Below are positions 61,016-64,000 of a stretch of DNA of 64,000 nucleotides, piece after piece (within the stretch, counting starts at the first letter, position 1; each line of letters begins with the position of its first letter). The stretch is taken from contig JBBRXJ010000003.1 of NCBI GenBank assembly GCA_038248505.1, forward strand, positions 5,331 to 69,330. The letters are read 5' to 3'. The DNA comes from Bacteroidales bacterium (GTDB lineage: Bacteria > Bacteroidota > Bacteroidia > Bacteroidales > JBBRXJ01). The notes under the pieces were generated by a model, which was not told the origin of the DNA, made no database searches, and saw only the letters and a list, made by a program, of their open reading frames with translations. Both the position numbers and the translations under genes were made by a program.

Positions 61016-61432
61016 TCAAATACGGAAAACACAAATGTAGGCCAAGCTCACAGCATTGGCCCAAGGCTTGTCAGGTGGACTGACTTTTGCGAAAGAAGAA
61101 AGAGAAGCTATATAAGAATAAGGAAACAGGTTTACAGGAGCAGTAAAAACCTGTACTATTTTTTTAGTTATATCGTTAATTTGAAAGACTGCAAGGTTGT
61201 AATTGCTATCAACTGAAAAATAAGCAATTTCATTTTTACAGCAGTTAGAAGAAATACCATTACTGACTGGACAAGTATTTTGATTTTTCTCCATGCCACA
61301 GCCAGCTTTTTCGCCATAAAAAGACCATTTCACGGCAACTTTATTACCGCCACAAAAATGTTCTGCGATTGAAAGATGCATACCCGAAATGAGAATGATC
61401 GTGGCAAATACTATGGAGATTCCTTTTTTCAT
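61016..61432 (-). CDS. Small secreted Cys-rich protein resembling the HYC_CC_PP family
   Basis: 138 aa with a signal/anchor segment. The motifs occur in order: HFCGG, then NCCKNE, then SPPDKP. First gene of the efflux operon. The family name is recalled from memory and was not verified. Confidence 0.55.
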   Translation of the reverse strand: MKKGISIVFATIILISGMHLSIAEHFCGGNKVAVKWSFYGEKAGCGMEKNQNTCPVSNGISSNCCKNEIAYFSVDSNYNLAVFQINDITKKIVQVFTAPVNLFPYSYIASLSSFAKVSPPDKPWANAVSLAYICVFRI

Positions 61433-61845
61433 TTATAATTTAAACGAAATTACTAAAAAATTGTTGTGTAAATATCAAAATAATTTAGAAAAAAACATGA
61501 AAAAAATTTACTCGTTTTATTATGGAGGCCTAAAAGGCATTTACAATAGGCAATTCAGTACTTATTCATTCGTATTTAGTCTAAAAGCTTTTGACGTTAA
61601 ATTGACACAAGGCACAATAAAAGGATGATAAAAAACAGTATTATCATTAAATTTTATTTGGCTATCAAATTAATAATACAAACGCAAAAAAACAGAAAAA
61701 AAATACTACCTTTATAAATACACTGAATACAATGAATAGAGAGTCATTTCACATAATTGTTTATCTTGATAAGAGAAAAGAATGTGGGGTATTAAAAAAA
61801 AAATATCATAAGAATCAGTACGCAAAAAATTTAAATTTAATTATT

Positions 61846-62607
61846 ATGTTACAAATAAGCAACCTTCACGCGGCAATAGGAGAAAAAGAAATTTTAAAAG
61901 GAATAAATCTGAAGGTAAAGGCAGGCGAAATTCATGCTATTATGGGTCCCAATGGATCAGGCAAAAGTACTTTGGCTGCAGCATTAACGGGCCGAGAAGA
62001 TATTCGAATTTCTGATGGGAATGTTATTTTTAATAACAAAAATTTGTTTGAATTATCTGCAGAAGATCGCGCTCGTGAAGGATTATTTTTGAGTTTTCAA
62101 TATCCGGTTGAGATTCCTGGTCTCACCATTACAAATTTTTTGCGCGCCGCATTAAATGCGAAAATGAAATACCACGGACAATCTGAGATGAGTCCAACCG
62201 ATTTTCTTAAACGAATGAAAGAAAAAAAAGAACTGGTAGGAATTGATTCACAACTAACAAATAGATCCGTTAATGAGGGTTTTTCGGGTGGGGAGAAAAA
62301 GAAAAATGAAATATTTCAAATGGCCATGCTCGAACCTTCTTTAGCTATTCTTGATGAAACTGATAGCGGGCTTGATATTGATGCATTACGTATTGTTGCA
62401 AATGGTGTAAATAAATTAAAAAACAAAGATAACGCAATCATAGTAATAACACACTATCAGCGACTTTTAGATTACATAGTACCTGACTTTGTTCACGTTT
62501 TATATAATGGTCGCATAGTAAAATCGGGTACTAAGGAATTGGCTTTTGAGCTCGAAAAGAAAGGATACGATTGGATTATAAAAGATGAGCCATTAGTGAA
62601 TGTTTGA
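61846..62607 (+). CDS. sufC: Fe-S cluster assembly ATPase SufC
   Basis: About 253 aa from the ATG at 61846 (MLQISNLHAAIGEKEILKG). Walker A GPNGSGKST, signature FSGGEKKKNE, Walker B AILDETDSGLD. The 38-codon N-terminal extension in the track ORF looks spurious. Confidence 0.93.
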   Translation: MLQISNLHAAIGEKEILKGINLKVKAGEIHAIMGPNGSGKSTLAAALTGREDIRISDGNVIFNNKNLFELSAEDRAREGLFLSFQYPVEIPGLTITNFLRAALNAKMKYHGQSEMSPTDFLKRMKEKKELVGIDSQLTNRSVNEGFSGGEKKKNEIFQMAMLEPSLAILDETDSGLDIDALRIVANGVNKLKNKDNAIIVITHYQRLLDYIVPDFVHVLYNGRIVKSGTKELAFELEKKGYDWIIKDEPLVNV

Positions 62608-62693
62608 TAATTATTTCTTCATCATAGAGGAAATCTATTATTAATTTAAGAACTAGCATTAATAGGCTACAGCAAAATGAAAACACGAATATC

Positions 62694-64000
62694 ATGTCAA
62701 CAAACATAGAAAATATTAATGAAATAGTAGTTCGAGGGCTTGAAAACATTGTTCCAACAACTCTTAAAGGTTTAACGACAAAATTACAAGAGCATAAAAA
62801 ACTTGCAATTGAAGCACTTCATACGAATGGCTTACCAGCTAATAAAAGTGAGAAATATAAATATGCACAGATCCCATCTATATTAAAGAAACATTTCAAT
62901 GCCCCATTAATAATCTCTGAACGACATACAGGTAAGGACTTTCGTTGCGATGTTACGCACCTCGATGCTGTTGACTTGTATCTTGTTAATGGTACATTTC
63001 AGCGTCCATTTTTTAATGATATTGCCCGTATAGGATCTTTTTTTGCAGGTAGTTTAGTTGAAGGGGCTTCAGCCTATCCGCAGATTTTTAACGAACATTT
63101 TTCTAAAATTACAGGTAGCAACGAAGAGGGCTTACTTGCAATGAATAGCCTTCTTTATAATGATGGTATTTTTATTTATATCCCTGATGGCGTTAAAATG
63201 ACTCGCCCTATACAAATTATTTCAGTTGTTAATGATGAGAGAACGATAAGCACTGCTGTAAGACATCTTATTGTAATTGGTAAAAAAAGTTCAGCTGATA
63301 TAATAATTTGTGATCATAGTATGAAAGATCAAAATTATTTAATTAGCTCAGCTGCTGAAATATTTGTTGGAGAAAGTGCGCATCTAAATATTACACACCT
63401 TCAAAATATGCATGAACAAACAAGTCGCTTTAGTCATACCTTTATAAATATTGCCGATAATGCTGTTGCAAACCATCATAGTTTAGTATTAAATGCAGGT
63501 TTTACACGTTCAAATTTAGAGGCAAATTTAAATGGCTTACATGCTAAAATGAACTGCTATGGACTTGCAATTACTGCAAATCAGCAGTATGTTGACCATT
63601 ATGTGTTGCTCAATCATTTGAAACCGAATGGTGAAAGTACCCAATTATACAAAGGATTGCTTGATGGCCATTCAGAACTTAGTTTTAATGGCAAAATACT
63701 GGTCGCTAAAGATGCCCAAAAAACTAATGCATATCAATCAAATCGTAATCTTTTATTAAGTAACGAGGCCAAAGCAAATACAAAACCTCAGCTTGAAATT
63801 TATGCCGATGATGTTAAATGTAGTCATGGCGCTACATTTGGTAAAGTAGACGAAAATGCTTTGTACTATTTAAAATCACGTGGAATAGGCAAAGATGAGG
63901 CGCAAACCCTTTTAATGTTTGCCTTTGCTGATGAAGTACTGCAAACCATATCAAGCCATCCCTTAAGAGAAAGAATGGAATCGCTCGTAAATGAAAGAAT
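62694..64000 (+). CDS. sufD: Fe-S cluster assembly protein SufD (3' end beyond the window)
   Basis: My translation from the ATG at 62694 stays open to the window edge. The C-terminal part reads NTKPQLEIYADDVKCSHGATFGKVDENALYYLKSRGIGKDEAQTLLMFAF, the conserved SufB/SufD block. It is absent from the ORF track because no stop falls in the window. Confidence 0.85.
   Translation, partial: MSTNIENINEIVVRGLENIVPTTLKGLTTKLQEHKKLAIEALHTNGLPANKSEKYKYAQIPSILKKHFNAPLIISERHTGKDFRCDVTHLDAVDLYLVNGTFQRPFFNDIARIGSFFAGSLVEGASAYPQIFNEHFSKITGSNEEGLLAMNSLLYNDGIFIYIPDGVKMTRPIQIISVVNDERTISTAVRHLIVIGKKSSADIIICDHSMKDQNYLISSAAEIFVGESAHLNITHLQNMHEQTSRFSHTFINIADNAVANHHSLVLNAGFTRSNLEANLNGLHAKMNCYGLAITANQQYVDHYVLLNHLKPNGESTQLYKGLLDGHSELSFNGKILVAKDAQKTNAYQSNRNLLLSNEAKANTKPQLEIYADDVKCSHGATFGKVDENALYYLKSRGIGKDEAQTLLMFAFADEVLQTISSHPLRERMESLVNER

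Overview
This is a 64-kb chromosomal segment from a low-GC genome that looks like Bacteroidota. The evidence for that placement is a 286-aa primary sigma factor lacking region 1.1, TAnnTTTG-type -7 boxes close to start codons, and many lipobox lipoproteins. All calls were made by eye from the sequence and the ORF track; no searches or folding were run.

Most of the window is tightly packed housekeeping DNA: tyrS, polA, queD, uvrC, mnmG, ybeY, dut, pheS, ruvB, priA, pfkA, rpoD and sufCD. One long co-directional minus-strand gene string runs from 28.9 kb to 18.9 kb.

Three patches look accessory or decayed:
- **14.7-18.9 kb:** an intact ParDE toxin-antitoxin pair, a frameshifted PIN-toxin remnant and an adenine deaminase gene. 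All are embedded in a family of GC-rich, hairpin-forming mosaic intergenic repeats, with a fifth copy at about 49.1 kb. A 16-bp perfect palindrome, TGTTCCACGTGGAACA, also sits against gene 3' ends here, and a further copy lies at 28.05 kb.
- **43.7-46.0 kb:** a cluster of IS remnants, with a zinc-finger DDE transposase pseudogene, an IS630 C-terminal remnant and orphan gene fragments.
- **49-61.5 kb:** a visibly higher-GC heavy-metal efflux island. It holds a five-gene CusA-like HME-RND operon with Cys-rich accessory proteins, and is bordered by a chimeric Bro-N/PIN-like ORF and about 1 kb of ORF-free debris.

Other features worth noting are a coiled-coil, class III cyclase and HD-domain fusion protein, and orphan partner-switching components (an RsbW/SiaB-like kinase and a SiaC/DUF1987 protein). 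I recognised no rRNA, tRNA or CRISPR array.

I could not identify a complete, clearly novel multi-gene system. The best candidates for something undescribed are the repeat and palindrome families and the accessory metal-binding modules of the efflux operon.
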